The notes beneath the pieces are model-generated. The model did not search any database. It was not told the DNA's origin and was given only the letters and a program-made list of their open reading frames with translations. 64,000 bases of DNA from the NCBI GenBank assembly GCA_963664815.2, contig CAXXHB010000003.1, forward strand, positions 1,120,001 through 1,184,000, read 5' to 3'. Made by a program: the position numbers and the translations under genes. The DNA is from Spirochaetota bacterium. GTDB lineage: Bacteria; Spirochaetota; UBA4802; UBA5550. Shown one piece after another: positions 21,062 through 29,953 of the stretch (the stretch's first letter is position 1; each line of letters begins with the position of its first letter).

Positions 21062-21141
21062 AATATTTCCTCTATCTATGCAATTAAACTATGCAATTAA
21101 AAAATACATGTAATTAAAACAGACTTTTAAGACATGCAGTT

Positions 21142-21171
21142 AAAAAGAGGGGTTAATTAAGCCCCTCTTTT
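21142..21171. terminator. Bidirectional intrinsic terminator
   Basis: aaaagagggg-ttaattaag-cccctctttt between convergent genes. Confidence 0.8.
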
Positions 21172-21174
21172 CAA

Positions 21175-21348
21175 TTAAGCCATCAGGTCAAGCGTCTGAC
21201 CAAGCTTTTCGTCAGAAACCTTTTCTGCTACATCTGCCTTGATGAGTTTTTCCTGAAATCCAATTGCAGAGTCCGTTACGTTCTTCAGAAGATTACCCAT
21301 ATCCTCAATACTTCTTGCAGTTGCAGCTGCCATTGGTGATATATTCAT
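21175..21348 (-). CDS. 57-aa small protein, YjfB/motility-associated-like (absent from the ORF track)
   Basis: MNISPMAAATARSIEDMGNLLKNVTDSAIGFQEKLIKADVAEKVSDEKLGQTLDLMA; RBS AAGGGGG; sigma-28-like promoter upstream and terminator downstream. Confidence 0.8.
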   Translation of the reverse strand: MNISPMAAATARSIEDMGNLLKNVTDSAIGFQEKLIKADVAEKVSDEKLGQTLDLMA

Positions 21349-21382
21349 GTCTACCCCCTTTGACGCAATACGCGTTATTATA

Positions 21383-21410
21383 TTATCGGCTTGTGCAACG
21401 TAAAAGTTGA
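21383..21410 (-). promoter_or_regulatory. Sigma-28 (FliA) promoter
   Basis: Minus strand TCAA-N16-GCCGATAA (consensus -10), 34 bp upstream of the small ORF. Confidence 0.75.
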
Positions 21411-21490
21411 GCGGTATGTACAGATTTATTGAACAGTATTATAATGAAAGTCCGTCTATACCGCTGAAATAAGCTGTTATTTGCAGATTG

Positions 21491-23068
21491 TTATGCCGTT
21501 ATCAGAAGCATCCTGCCAGCCAGAATATCCAGTTGTTCTGTCATCTGGATCAACGCGTTATTGGATGATGAAATGGAACCGGCAATTTTGACCATTGACT
21601 GGGCGTTATTTGATATATTATAAACCGTTTCACTTGAAGAGTTTGTGCCGGATTTCTGCTGTTCAGTGGAGTTCTCTATTGATGAACTTGCTTCGTAAAT
21701 GTCGGTATTAACGTCGCTTATCATGGAAATTTTGACGCCTATATCTCTCATGTTCATCCCGGATTCACGGACTCTATCCTTTATCCTCATAATTGAGTCA
21801 TTAAGCTTTTGAGTCAGCATTGACGATTCATTGATGAGTTCTGTGCTTTCTTCAATCTGTTTACGGTTTTCAGCAATTATACGGTTTATTTCTTTCGCAT
21901 TGCTGGTAGTTGCGTCGGCAAGCTTGGAGATCTCATCTGCGACAACAGCAAAACCGCGGCCTGAGTCGCCGGCTCTTGCAGCCTCTATTGCGGCATTAAG
22001 CGATAACAGGTTTACCTTGTCTGCTATATCATTGATAACCTGTACAAAAGTTGACATCTCCTCGCTCTTGCTCCTGAGTATTTCTGACTTTGCTTTTGTT
22101 TTTTTTATCTGTTCCGAACTGTTCAGTGAATAACTTGAAATCTCATTAAGCGTTTCTATAATTTCTGTAGCACCTGTAAGTACGTTATCATTGGTTGTTT
22201 TAAGTTCTTTCAGTGAATCGACGGTAGTGCTGATGTTTGTAAAAAGCGAATTGGCTGTTTCATTTATTGAGTCGGCGTTTGATGCAAGCTCTTCGAGAAA
22301 TGTGGAAATCTCTTCAAGGGAAGCAGCCTGTTCTCTGGAGATGTCATCCATCTCGACTGTAATTTTCTCCTGTTTCTCAGTATGGGTTTTCATAAGTTCG
22401 ACAGATTGCGAAACAGCACCTGCAATTTCCTTGAGATTTCCAATGGCAAAGTTCGCTTCCGAGCTCTTGTTTATTGCAAGTATCAGGAGATCCCGCGTTG
22501 CGCCTGCACCTGCAGATGCGCCTATGCCTATCCATATAAAGATAAGGTACCGGATTATCATATTGCTGGCAGGTCCCCCGGGAATAAGCTCAGGGCGTGT
22601 GATCAGAAGAATGGTCTGTGAAGCAATAACAAGAGCGAGTGTGTATATTGTAATTTTTCTATCGAAATAAAACACACTCAGCGCAAGGGCAATGTAGTGG
22701 ATTGCAAACAGTTCTGATGCGCCATATATTATATACTGGAAAATCCAGATAGACATCAGTATCCCGGTTATGAAAATATAACCGGAGTATGCTTTGTTTC
22801 TGATATTTTTTGCAATTGCATATGAAAGCGAAACTGCTGCAGCCAGAAGAAACAGTTCTATAATTATGCTTTTGTATGTCAGGTAGTGTGAGGCTTTTCC
22901 TGTCATTTTAAGGACAATAGTGGCGATATTGGCGAGTATTACAATACTGGAAAAAGCTTTCAGTATTCGGAGGTTGTTAACATTAATAACTTCACTGAAA
23001 ATGTCTGTTCCCTGAATGTTTATTTTCTGAGAGGTGCTTTTTTTTTCTTCGTTTGAAACTGTATTCAT
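21491..23068 (-). CDS. Methyl-accepting chemotaxis protein with multi-TM N-terminal sensor
   Basis: About 5-6 TM segments, then [33 protein letters not shown]. Confidence 0.93.
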   Translation of the reverse strand: MNTVSNEEKKSTSQKINIQGTDIFSEVINVNNLRILKAFSSIVILANIATIVLKMTGKASHYLTYKSIIIELFLLAAAVSLSYAIAKNIRNKAYSGYIFITGILMSIWIFQYIIYGASELFAIHYIALALSVFYFDRKITIYTLALVIASQTILLITRPELIPGGPASNMIIRYLIFIWIGIGASAGAGATRDLLILAINKSSEANFAIGNLKEIAGAVSQSVELMKTHTEKQEKITVEMDDISREQAASLEEISTFLEELASNADSINETANSLFTNISTTVDSLKELKTTNDNVLTGATEIIETLNEISSYSLNSSEQIKKTKAKSEILRSKSEEMSTFVQVINDIADKVNLLSLNAAIEAARAGDSGRGFAVVADEISKLADATTSNAKEINRIIAENRKQIEESTELINESSMLTQKLNDSIMRIKDRVRESGMNMRDIGVKISMISDVNTDIYEASSSIENSTEQQKSGTNSSSETVYNISNNAQSMVKIAGSISSSNNALIQMTEQLDILAGRMLLITA

Positions 23069-23414
23069 AATAATTACCTGTTAATATATGCAGAATCTGA
23101 TAGTGACAACAATTTTATAATATATATGATTTCTCATAAATAATTTATTAAATTTGAATTGGTAAGAAATTTTTGCTTTGAAATAGTGATCCTGTTATCT
23201 ATATTGCCATGAATAAAGAAATGTTTTATTTGCATCCGGAATTTGTCTTTCCGAAGTTGGATTTGTTCAGGCAGTAGAGCAATAAGAAAGAGTTGGGATT
23301 ACGTCAAATTAAAAATTTTTTTAAATAAAGAAAAATTCATCAAGGCTTACAGAAAACAGATTTATATATAGATAGGAAAAAACAGACAAAACAGATAAGG
23401 TCAGGGGCAGTTTT

Positions 23415-23811
23415 TTGATTAAATCAATTCACCATATATGTATTGAAACAGTGAACTACAATGAGAGTATATATTTTTACTGTTCGATTTTAGGATTTGA
23501 TATAAATAGAAGAAACAACTGATTTTCACGGCAGAGATTTTAATACATGGATAAAGAAGGAAAACATAATTATTGAATTGCAAACGCCGAAAGCTGATAC
23601 CGTAACAGATCTTTCTCTGTGCAGTAAGACAGGAATTGTACATATTTGTTTTATTGTAGATAATCTTTCAGAAACAGTGGATTACCTCATTAAAAAAGGA
23701 TTCAGCTCTTTCCGGAAAAAAAATAATCAGATAATATATATTGTGAAAGGTGGGTATCTCGCGAAGATAACAGCCCCGGAAGGTACAATAATTGAATTGA
23801 GGGAGGAGTGA
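23415..23811 (+). pseudogene. VOC/glyoxalase family gene with a 1-bp frameshift near 23502-23506
   Basis: First frame from TTG 23415: IKSIHHICIETVNYNESIYFYCSILGFDI; next frame continues IEETTDFHGRDFNTWIKKENIIIELQ...HICFIV...PEGTIIELRE. Confidence 0.8.
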
Positions 23812-23814
23812 ATT

Positions 23815-24297
23815 ATGATTGAAATAAAGGAATATTCAGATGAAAATGTTGAAAAAATTATAGATATGATTCTCGATATCCAGGTTAGTGAATTTAATAT
23901 TTCAATCGATCGTGAAAGCCAACCCGATCTTCTGTCAATTAAGGATTTTTATCAGACTGGTAACGGAAATTTCTGGCTTGCGGGGGATAACTCGGATATC
24001 ATTGGAACTGTAGCTTTAAAGGATATTGGTGATAATTATACCGCTTTAAGAAAAATGTTTGTCAAGAAAGAGTACAGGGGGAGTGGTAAGAATATTTCGA
24101 GGCTTCTTCTCGAATCTGTTTTTCACTGGGGGAGAGAGAAGAACATTGAGAAGATATTTCTCGGAACAACTGACAGTTTCACTGCTGCACACAGGTTTTA
24201 TGAGAAAAACGGATTCCTTGAAATACATCGGGGTGAACTCCCGGAAAGCTTTCCGCTTATGAAGGTAGACACAAAATTTTATGTATATGAATTCTGA
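23815..24297 (+). CDS. GNAT family N-acetyltransferase
   Basis: LRKMFVKKEYRG (motif A), AAHRFYEKNGF (motif B). Confidence 0.92.
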   Translation: MIEIKEYSDENVEKIIDMILDIQVSEFNISIDRESQPDLLSIKDFYQTGNGNFWLAGDNSDIIGTVALKDIGDNYTALRKMFVKKEYRGSGKNISRLLLESVFHWGREKNIEKIFLGTTDSFTAAHRFYEKNGFLEIHRGELPESFPLMKVDTKFYVYEF

Positions 24298-24368
24298 AGT
24301 GCTGTTCATATGAAGCATTTTTTAATAAAAGATATTAATAAAAAACTCAATTACCGGAAGGAGTAATT

Positions 24369-24893
24369 ATGAATGAGCTGGAAGTGCTAAAAAACAGTCT
24401 TAATATATCAGTCTGGATGCTCGGCGTAACCGTGTTTCTCTCTGTAAGCACTGTCACTATCAGTGCCATTAATATGGCCTTTCAGCGAAGTCACAACAGG
24501 AAGAGTGTAAAACCATTCTGTAATGTACATACATTAATTGACGGAAACGGAATATGTGTCAGTATTTTGAATGCAGGACTTGGACCGATGATAATAGAAA
24601 AAATCATGCTGTTTAAAAAAGAAGATGACTTCCTGAAGAACGGGATGGAATTTTCCGCTGTTCTTCCTCCGGACCTTAAATATGACATTAAAACCAGAGA
24701 CAATAATCCATATGTTGTTCCATCAATGGTAGAAGTTGAAATATTCAGGTTTTCTTCTGACCTGAAAGATTCAAAGAATAATATAAATATTGTGAAAAGA
24801 TCTTTAGAGGACTATTTCATATGTACTGTTTTTAAAGATATCTACGATCATAGATACGAAAAGAGGGAAATTCTGAAATTTAAATCATCTTAA
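24369..24893 (+). CDS. Hypothetical membrane-anchored protein
   Basis: N-terminal TM segment; RBS AAGGAG; NAGLGP motif. Confidence 0.6.
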   Translation: MNELEVLKNSLNISVWMLGVTVFLSVSTVTISAINMAFQRSHNRKSVKPFCNVHTLIDGNGICVSILNAGLGPMIIEKIMLFKKEDDFLKNGMEFSAVLPPDLKYDIKTRDNNPYVVPSMVEVEIFRFSSDLKDSKNNINIVKRSLEDYFICTVFKDIYDHRYEKREILKFKSS

Positions 24894-25219
24894 GATTTTC
24901 ACAAGGTATATATGTTTATAACCTCTTTTTATGTAACAAAAAACAGCCGGAAAATAACATAATATCTTGAAAAATTTATCAATGTTAATTCCTCAATATA
25001 TATTTTAGTGTAAAATAAACGATTATCCTTCACCGTCGCCGAAGGTGGCGGTGATAATGGTGCGTGTCTATTATATAACAGTTCAGGAATAATAATTGAA
25101 AATTAATTATATTTATTCTGTATTATGGGATTATTGTATAATTGTATTATCACATCTTTTTTTAAAATCTCGGGATATAAATAAAAAAGTTTTCACAGGG
25201 AAGAGGAGGTTTTCCTTCT

Positions 25220-26161
25220 ATGATTAATGTCAATGGTCTTACAAGATCTTACGGAGATTTTAAAGCCGTGGACGATATTTCATTCAGCATCAGGGAGGGG
25301 GAGATTACAGGTTTGCTTGGCCCTAATGGAGCGGGTAAAACAACAACTCTCAGGATGCTCAGTTGTTATCTACGGGCCGATAAAGGTTCGGTGATTGTAG
25401 ATGGCATAAATGCCGCAGATGATCCGCTCAGGATAAAAAAAATGATAGGTTACCTGCCGGAATCTGCCCCGCTTTACGGCGATATGATAGTTTTTGATTA
25501 TCTCATGTACGTGGCTGAGGTAAGAGGAATTCCCGGAACTGAACGGGTGGGGAGGGTTGCCGAGATATGCCGTATTAAAGATGTAATGCATAAAAATATA
25601 AATGAGCTTTCAAAAGGCTTCAGGCAGAGAGTCGGCCTTGCGCATGCTATGATTCATGATCCGCAGATATTAATACTCGACGAACCGACGTCCGGTCTTG
25701 ACCCGATTGAGATCGTAGAAATCAGAAACCTCATTAAGGAACTGGGTAAAAAGAAAACTGTAATTCTTTCAACCCATATACTTTCGGAGGTTGAAGCTAC
25801 ATGCGAAAGGGTAATAATAATAAACAAGGGGCGGATTGTCGCAGACGACAGAACTGAGCTTCTTCAGTCGGTGGCAGGTGGTGATAAAAAAATAAATCTC
25901 AGGATTTCAGGAGCCGGTTTCGACGCAGTTAAGTCAGCGATAGAGAATGTCTCCGGCGTAAAAAGCATTGAACCCGTGGAAGACAGGGAGCTCACATCGG
26001 CAGTAATTTCCGTATCCGGTAATATTGAGGCACGTCCGGAAATATTTAAAATTGTAAGTTCCAGCGGGTGGATTCTGTATGAATTTAAACAGGACCAGGC
26101 AAGCCTTGAAAAAATATTCAGAGAGCTGACTGTGGGAGGCGCAGATGAAAAGATTCAGTGA
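25220..26161 (+). CDS. ABC transporter ATPase, GldA-like
   Basis: GPNGAGKTT, LSKGFRQR, ILDEPTSGLD. Confidence 0.93.
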   Translation: MINVNGLTRSYGDFKAVDDISFSIREGEITGLLGPNGAGKTTTLRMLSCYLRADKGSVIVDGINAADDPLRIKKMIGYLPESAPLYGDMIVFDYLMYVAEVRGIPGTERVGRVAEICRIKDVMHKNINELSKGFRQRVGLAHAMIHDPQILILDEPTSGLDPIEIVEIRNLIKELGKKKTVILSTHILSEVEATCERVIIINKGRIVADDRTELLQSVAGGDKKINLRISGAGFDAVKSAIENVSGVKSIEPVEDRELTSAVISVSGNIEARPEIFKIVSSSGWILYEFKQDQASLEKIFRELTVGGADEKIQ

Positions 26162-26840
26162 AATGTCCGCAATAATGAAAAAGGAACTGAGGAGTTATTT
26201 CAACAGTCCAATAGCATATATCGTTATATCAATATTTATCGGCTTTACCGGTTTTTTCTTTTTTATTCAGTTTGAATTTTTTGCATTCAATCAGGCGGAG
26301 ATGAGAACACTCTTTCAGCTTATGCCGTGGATGCTCTCTCTTGCCGTGCCGGCAATTACAATGAAGCTTTTTTCTGAGGAGAGGCATAGCGGATCATTTG
26401 AAATTTTAATGACGTTGCCTGTTTCAACCTTCGATATTGTTTTAGGTAAATTTCTTGCAGGGACATTTTTTTCAATGATAATGATCTCCCCGACGCTTAT
26501 TTATCTTTTTACAGTAGTTTTCCTTGGAACTCCGGATTTCGGTCCTATAATCGGCGGTTATATCGGGCTTTTTTTCCTTTCTGCAGCATATACGTCCATA
26601 GGACTCCTCGCTTCGTCACTTACACGTAACCAGATTATTTCTTTAATATCAGCGTGTGCTGCAGGCTTTTCTCTCGTTTTTATCCCTTCAAAATTCGGAA
26701 TGGTTTCCTATCTGGGAACGGAGTATCATTTTCAGAATATTGCCAAAGGCCTGATTGATTCAAAGGACATTATCTATTTCATTTCTATATGTGCTCTTTC
26801 ACTGCTGTTTACCATGAGAGTGGTAGAGGACAGGAGGTAG
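26145..26840 (+). CDS. ABC-2 permease, GldF-like
   Basis: KELRSYFNSPIAY, EERHSGSFEILMTLP, VLGKF. Confidence 0.9.
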   Translation: MKRFSEMSAIMKKELRSYFNSPIAYIVISIFIGFTGFFFFIQFEFFAFNQAEMRTLFQLMPWMLSLAVPAITMKLFSEERHSGSFEILMTLPVSTFDIVLGKFLAGTFFSMIMISPTLIYLFTVVFLGTPDFGPIIGGYIGLFFLSAAYTSIGLLASSLTRNQIISLISACAAGFSLVFIPSKFGMVSYLGTEYHFQNIAKGLIDSKDIIYFISICALSLLFTMRVVEDRR

Positions 26841-26844
26841 ATAC

Positions 26845-28995
26845 ATGAAAAATATGGTGAAAGAAAAACTCGGCAATATTAAATTGTACCTGATGAATAT
26901 ACTGAGTATGAAAGACAGAAACCTTCAGCTTCTGCTTAATGTTATTCTGATAGTTGTTATTAATTTTGCGGCAGCAGCATTCAGTTTCCGCATAGATCTT
27001 ACATCGAATGATACATATTCACTTTCAAAGAGAAGCAGAGCTACAGTATCGTCACTTGATGAAAAACTGAAGATTAAAGTGTTCTTTTCTGAAAATCTTC
27101 CGCCGGAACATGCCGCTCTTCTGAGATACCTGAAGGATATTCTTGATGAATACAGCTTTTACGGCAACAGGAACTTTTCCTACGAGATAATCGAAGCGGA
27201 CAAGCTTGAAGAACAGGCAAAAGATTACGGTATCAATCCCGTACAGATCAGAGAGCTTGAAAGTGACCAGGTAAAGCTGAGAAGTGTTTACATGGGGCTG
27301 GTTATACAACATGCTGATCTGATAGAGAAAATAGAGGCATTGACATCAACCGCCGGGCTTGAGTATGAGATAACTTCCCGTATCGAAAAAATGACCGGGA
27401 AAATTGACAGACTGCTTAAACTTAAAAAACCATTAATGCTGACGCTGTACATAGATGAAAAAGTGAGAGATCTTCCTATTGAAGGAATAGGCAGGCTTGA
27501 AGATATATTGAAGAGCGCAGTGGCGAAAAGCAATCTGAGCAACTACGGTAAAATTCAGTTTCAGGTGGTAGATCCCTCCAGAAACGGCAGCAGCGATCTT
27601 GATATCCGCTATGGAATTTCAAAATTGAAATGGGGAGCAATGAGATCAAGAGCCGGGAAGATGATTCCTGCAGGAGAGGGATTTTTTGGTCTTGTTATGG
27701 AGGGGAACGATAGATCAGCGAGGATAGACCTTAATGTGGTCTCCACCATCGTGGGAACAAATGTAATCACAGGTCTTCAGAATATTAATGATACAATAAA
27801 TACGGGTGTGGGTAAACTCTTATACAGCAGCCCGAAAATCGGATATGTAAAAGGGCATGGTATCCCGGAACTTGGAGATAAGAAATCTCCGGAAGGTGCA
27901 GGTTTATTTGCGGAAATAATTTCCGATATGTACCAGTTTGCGGAGATAGAGCTTAAAACGCAGGTTATACCTGATGATGTAAAGGTTCTCATTATAAACG
28001 GACCGGCTGATATATTTTCCGATGCAGAAAAATATAAGATAGACCAGTTTCTCATGAAGGGAAATTCACTACTGCTGTTTGTTAACTCATTCATGGAGGT
28101 TAATACCGGCGATCCCTCCGGGTTTATGGGGAATCAGCCCCTGATTGTCCCGGTAACCTCAGGGCTTGAGGAAATGGCTGCACACTATGGTATTAAAATA
28201 AACAGGAATGTTGTACTGGACAGGAATTGTACAAAAATCAATATGAATAAAATGCTTACTGACTATCCGCTTATACCGCTTATAGGAAAGAAAGGGCTGA
28301 ACAGTGAAAGCGAAATAACAAAGCATATAAACAGTGCACTTTTTGTAAAGACATCTTCGCTTGATATTGATGAAAAGCTTAAAGATAAAGGAGTTAACTC
28401 TTCAGTGCTTGTTTCAACATCTCCACAGAGCTGGCTTATGGAGGGACGGATGAATTTTAATCCGCTCTTTATGTCACCACCATCCGGTGTTCAGATGAAA
28501 AGCTACCCGGTGGCAGCTCTTGTTTCCGGAAAGTTTGAAAGCTATTTCAGGGGGAAAGAAATACCGGCAGAGGCTTTATCAGCTGATAAAAAAAATATAC
28601 TGAATACGGTAAATAAACTAGAAACAACAGTAACTTCCGGAAAATCTGAGCTGCTGGTTGTAGGAACATCGGAGCTTAATGCATCAGGATTTCTTGATTT
28701 TTCAAGAAGGGTACTTTCCGGAGGAAATGGATCGGGAGTATTCTCAAATGATGTATTATTACATTCCATGGTTGATTATCTTTCAGGAAACAGTTATGTG
28801 ACTGAAATGAAAAGCAAGAGCCTTGATTACTACCCTCTGATAAAAACAGATAACAGGACGCGGTTTATGCTGAAAATTATTAACGTTGGGCTTGTACCGG
28901 TTATTGTAATTATTACAGGAATTCTTGTATGGAGAAGGCGAATTGCGAGAAAGAGATTTATTGAAAAACAGTTTTCGGGAAGTGAAGAAATATGA
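26845..28995 (+). CDS. GldG-like ABC auxiliary protein
   Basis: RIDLT..YSLS, LEYEITS, GHG, IDQFLMKG, C-terminal TM followed by WRRR. Confidence 0.9.
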   Translation: MKNMVKEKLGNIKLYLMNILSMKDRNLQLLLNVILIVVINFAAAAFSFRIDLTSNDTYSLSKRSRATVSSLDEKLKIKVFFSENLPPEHAALLRYLKDILDEYSFYGNRNFSYEIIEADKLEEQAKDYGINPVQIRELESDQVKLRSVYMGLVIQHADLIEKIEALTSTAGLEYEITSRIEKMTGKIDRLLKLKKPLMLTLYIDEKVRDLPIEGIGRLEDILKSAVAKSNLSNYGKIQFQVVDPSRNGSSDLDIRYGISKLKWGAMRSRAGKMIPAGEGFFGLVMEGNDRSARIDLNVVSTIVGTNVITGLQNINDTINTGVGKLLYSSPKIGYVKGHGIPELGDKKSPEGAGLFAEIISDMYQFAEIELKTQVIPDDVKVLIINGPADIFSDAEKYKIDQFLMKGNSLLLFVNSFMEVNTGDPSGFMGNQPLIVPVTSGLEEMAAHYGIKINRNVVLDRNCTKINMNKMLTDYPLIPLIGKKGLNSESEITKHINSALFVKTSSLDIDEKLKDKGVNSSVLVSTSPQSWLMEGRMNFNPLFMSPPSGVQMKSYPVAALVSGKFESYFRGKEIPAEALSADKKNILNTVNKLETTVTSGKSELLVVGTSELNASGFLDFSRRVLSGGNGSGVFSNDVLLHSMVDYLSGNSYVTEMKSKSLDYYPLIKTDNRTRFMLKIINVGLVPVIVIITGILVWRRRIARKRFIEKQFSGSEEI

Positions 28996-29936
28996 AAAAA
29001 AAAGCAATAATAACTCTTGGACTTATTTTTATCCTCCTGCTGGCTCTGGTAATTAAAAACCGGGGTTGCAGAGGTGATGTGCCTGAAATTGAGGGATGGT
29101 ATGAACCCGCTGATGAAATAGATGTAAAGAGTAGTGACATTTCACTTGCCATGAATAAGAAAAATAACATGTGGTTTATCAATGAACAGGCATATCCGGG
29201 CGACGCTGATCTTATAGAAAGCCTGGAACGTAAAGCGAGGGATTTTAAATTACTTGATCTGGTCTCTGATAAGGGTTATTATGATAAATATGACCTTACA
29301 GAAGAGAAGGGAGTTTCTGTAATAATTAAAGGTGGCGGAAAGGTATTAAGAAAGCTGCTTATAGGAAAAGCAGGATCGACAAATAACCATTCCTATCTGA
29401 AGGTAGATGACAGGAAAGAGATATACCTTGCATCCGGAATTATGAAGAGCGATTTTAATCTTCCGGTTTCTGATTTAAGAGACAGATTAATTTGTGATAT
29501 AAAAAACGCGGATGTAAAATCTTTCAGTATTAATTATATGGGAAAAAATTTTGACTTTCATTTAATTTCTGTAAAAAATGAGACAGACAGGAAAAGTGAT
29601 AAAGAAAAAACAAATCTCAAATCGGAATGGAGATGTAGTGAATACGAAAATTTAGAATTGAATAGTTCATCTGTCAATTCAATACTGGGGATTTTTTCAC
29701 CGTTGAAAGCGGCTGAATTTCCGGAAAATGTTGAGAAGAAAAATGCAGGAAATGTAATCTGCAAAGTAAATATTATATATGCAGATAAAAAAATTGAGAT
29801 TGAAATATTCAGTAAAAAAGATAAAGAGATGAATTATGCTTTTTCATCGGGAAGCAGATATATATTTACTCTCGGGAAATGGCAAACAGAGAAACTCTTT
29901 ATCAGGAATATAAATGATCTGGCTGTTAAAAAATAG
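28992..29936 (+). CDS. DUF4340-like periplasmic protein
   Basis: Signal/TM segment; W..D..YDL..L.IGK..Y pattern; position after the GldG-like gene. Confidence 0.75.
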   Translation: MKKKAIITLGLIFILLLALVIKNRGCRGDVPEIEGWYEPADEIDVKSSDISLAMNKKNNMWFINEQAYPGDADLIESLERKARDFKLLDLVSDKGYYDKYDLTEEKGVSVIIKGGGKVLRKLLIGKAGSTNNHSYLKVDDRKEIYLASGIMKSDFNLPVSDLRDRLICDIKNADVKSFSINYMGKNFDFHLISVKNETDRKSDKEKTNLKSEWRCSEYENLELNSSSVNSILGIFSPLKAAEFPENVEKKNAGNVICKVNIIYADKKIEIEIFSKKDKEMNYAFSSGSRYIFTLGKWQTEKLFIRNINDLAVKK

Positions 29937-29953
29937 AAAAAAGAGGTGTTACT

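Noticed and set aside
25046-25061. 16-bp identity to the phage lambda PR/OR1 region (TGGCGGTGATAATGGT)
   Set aside because: Flanks do not match and there is no phage context; most likely chance within a local hairpin.
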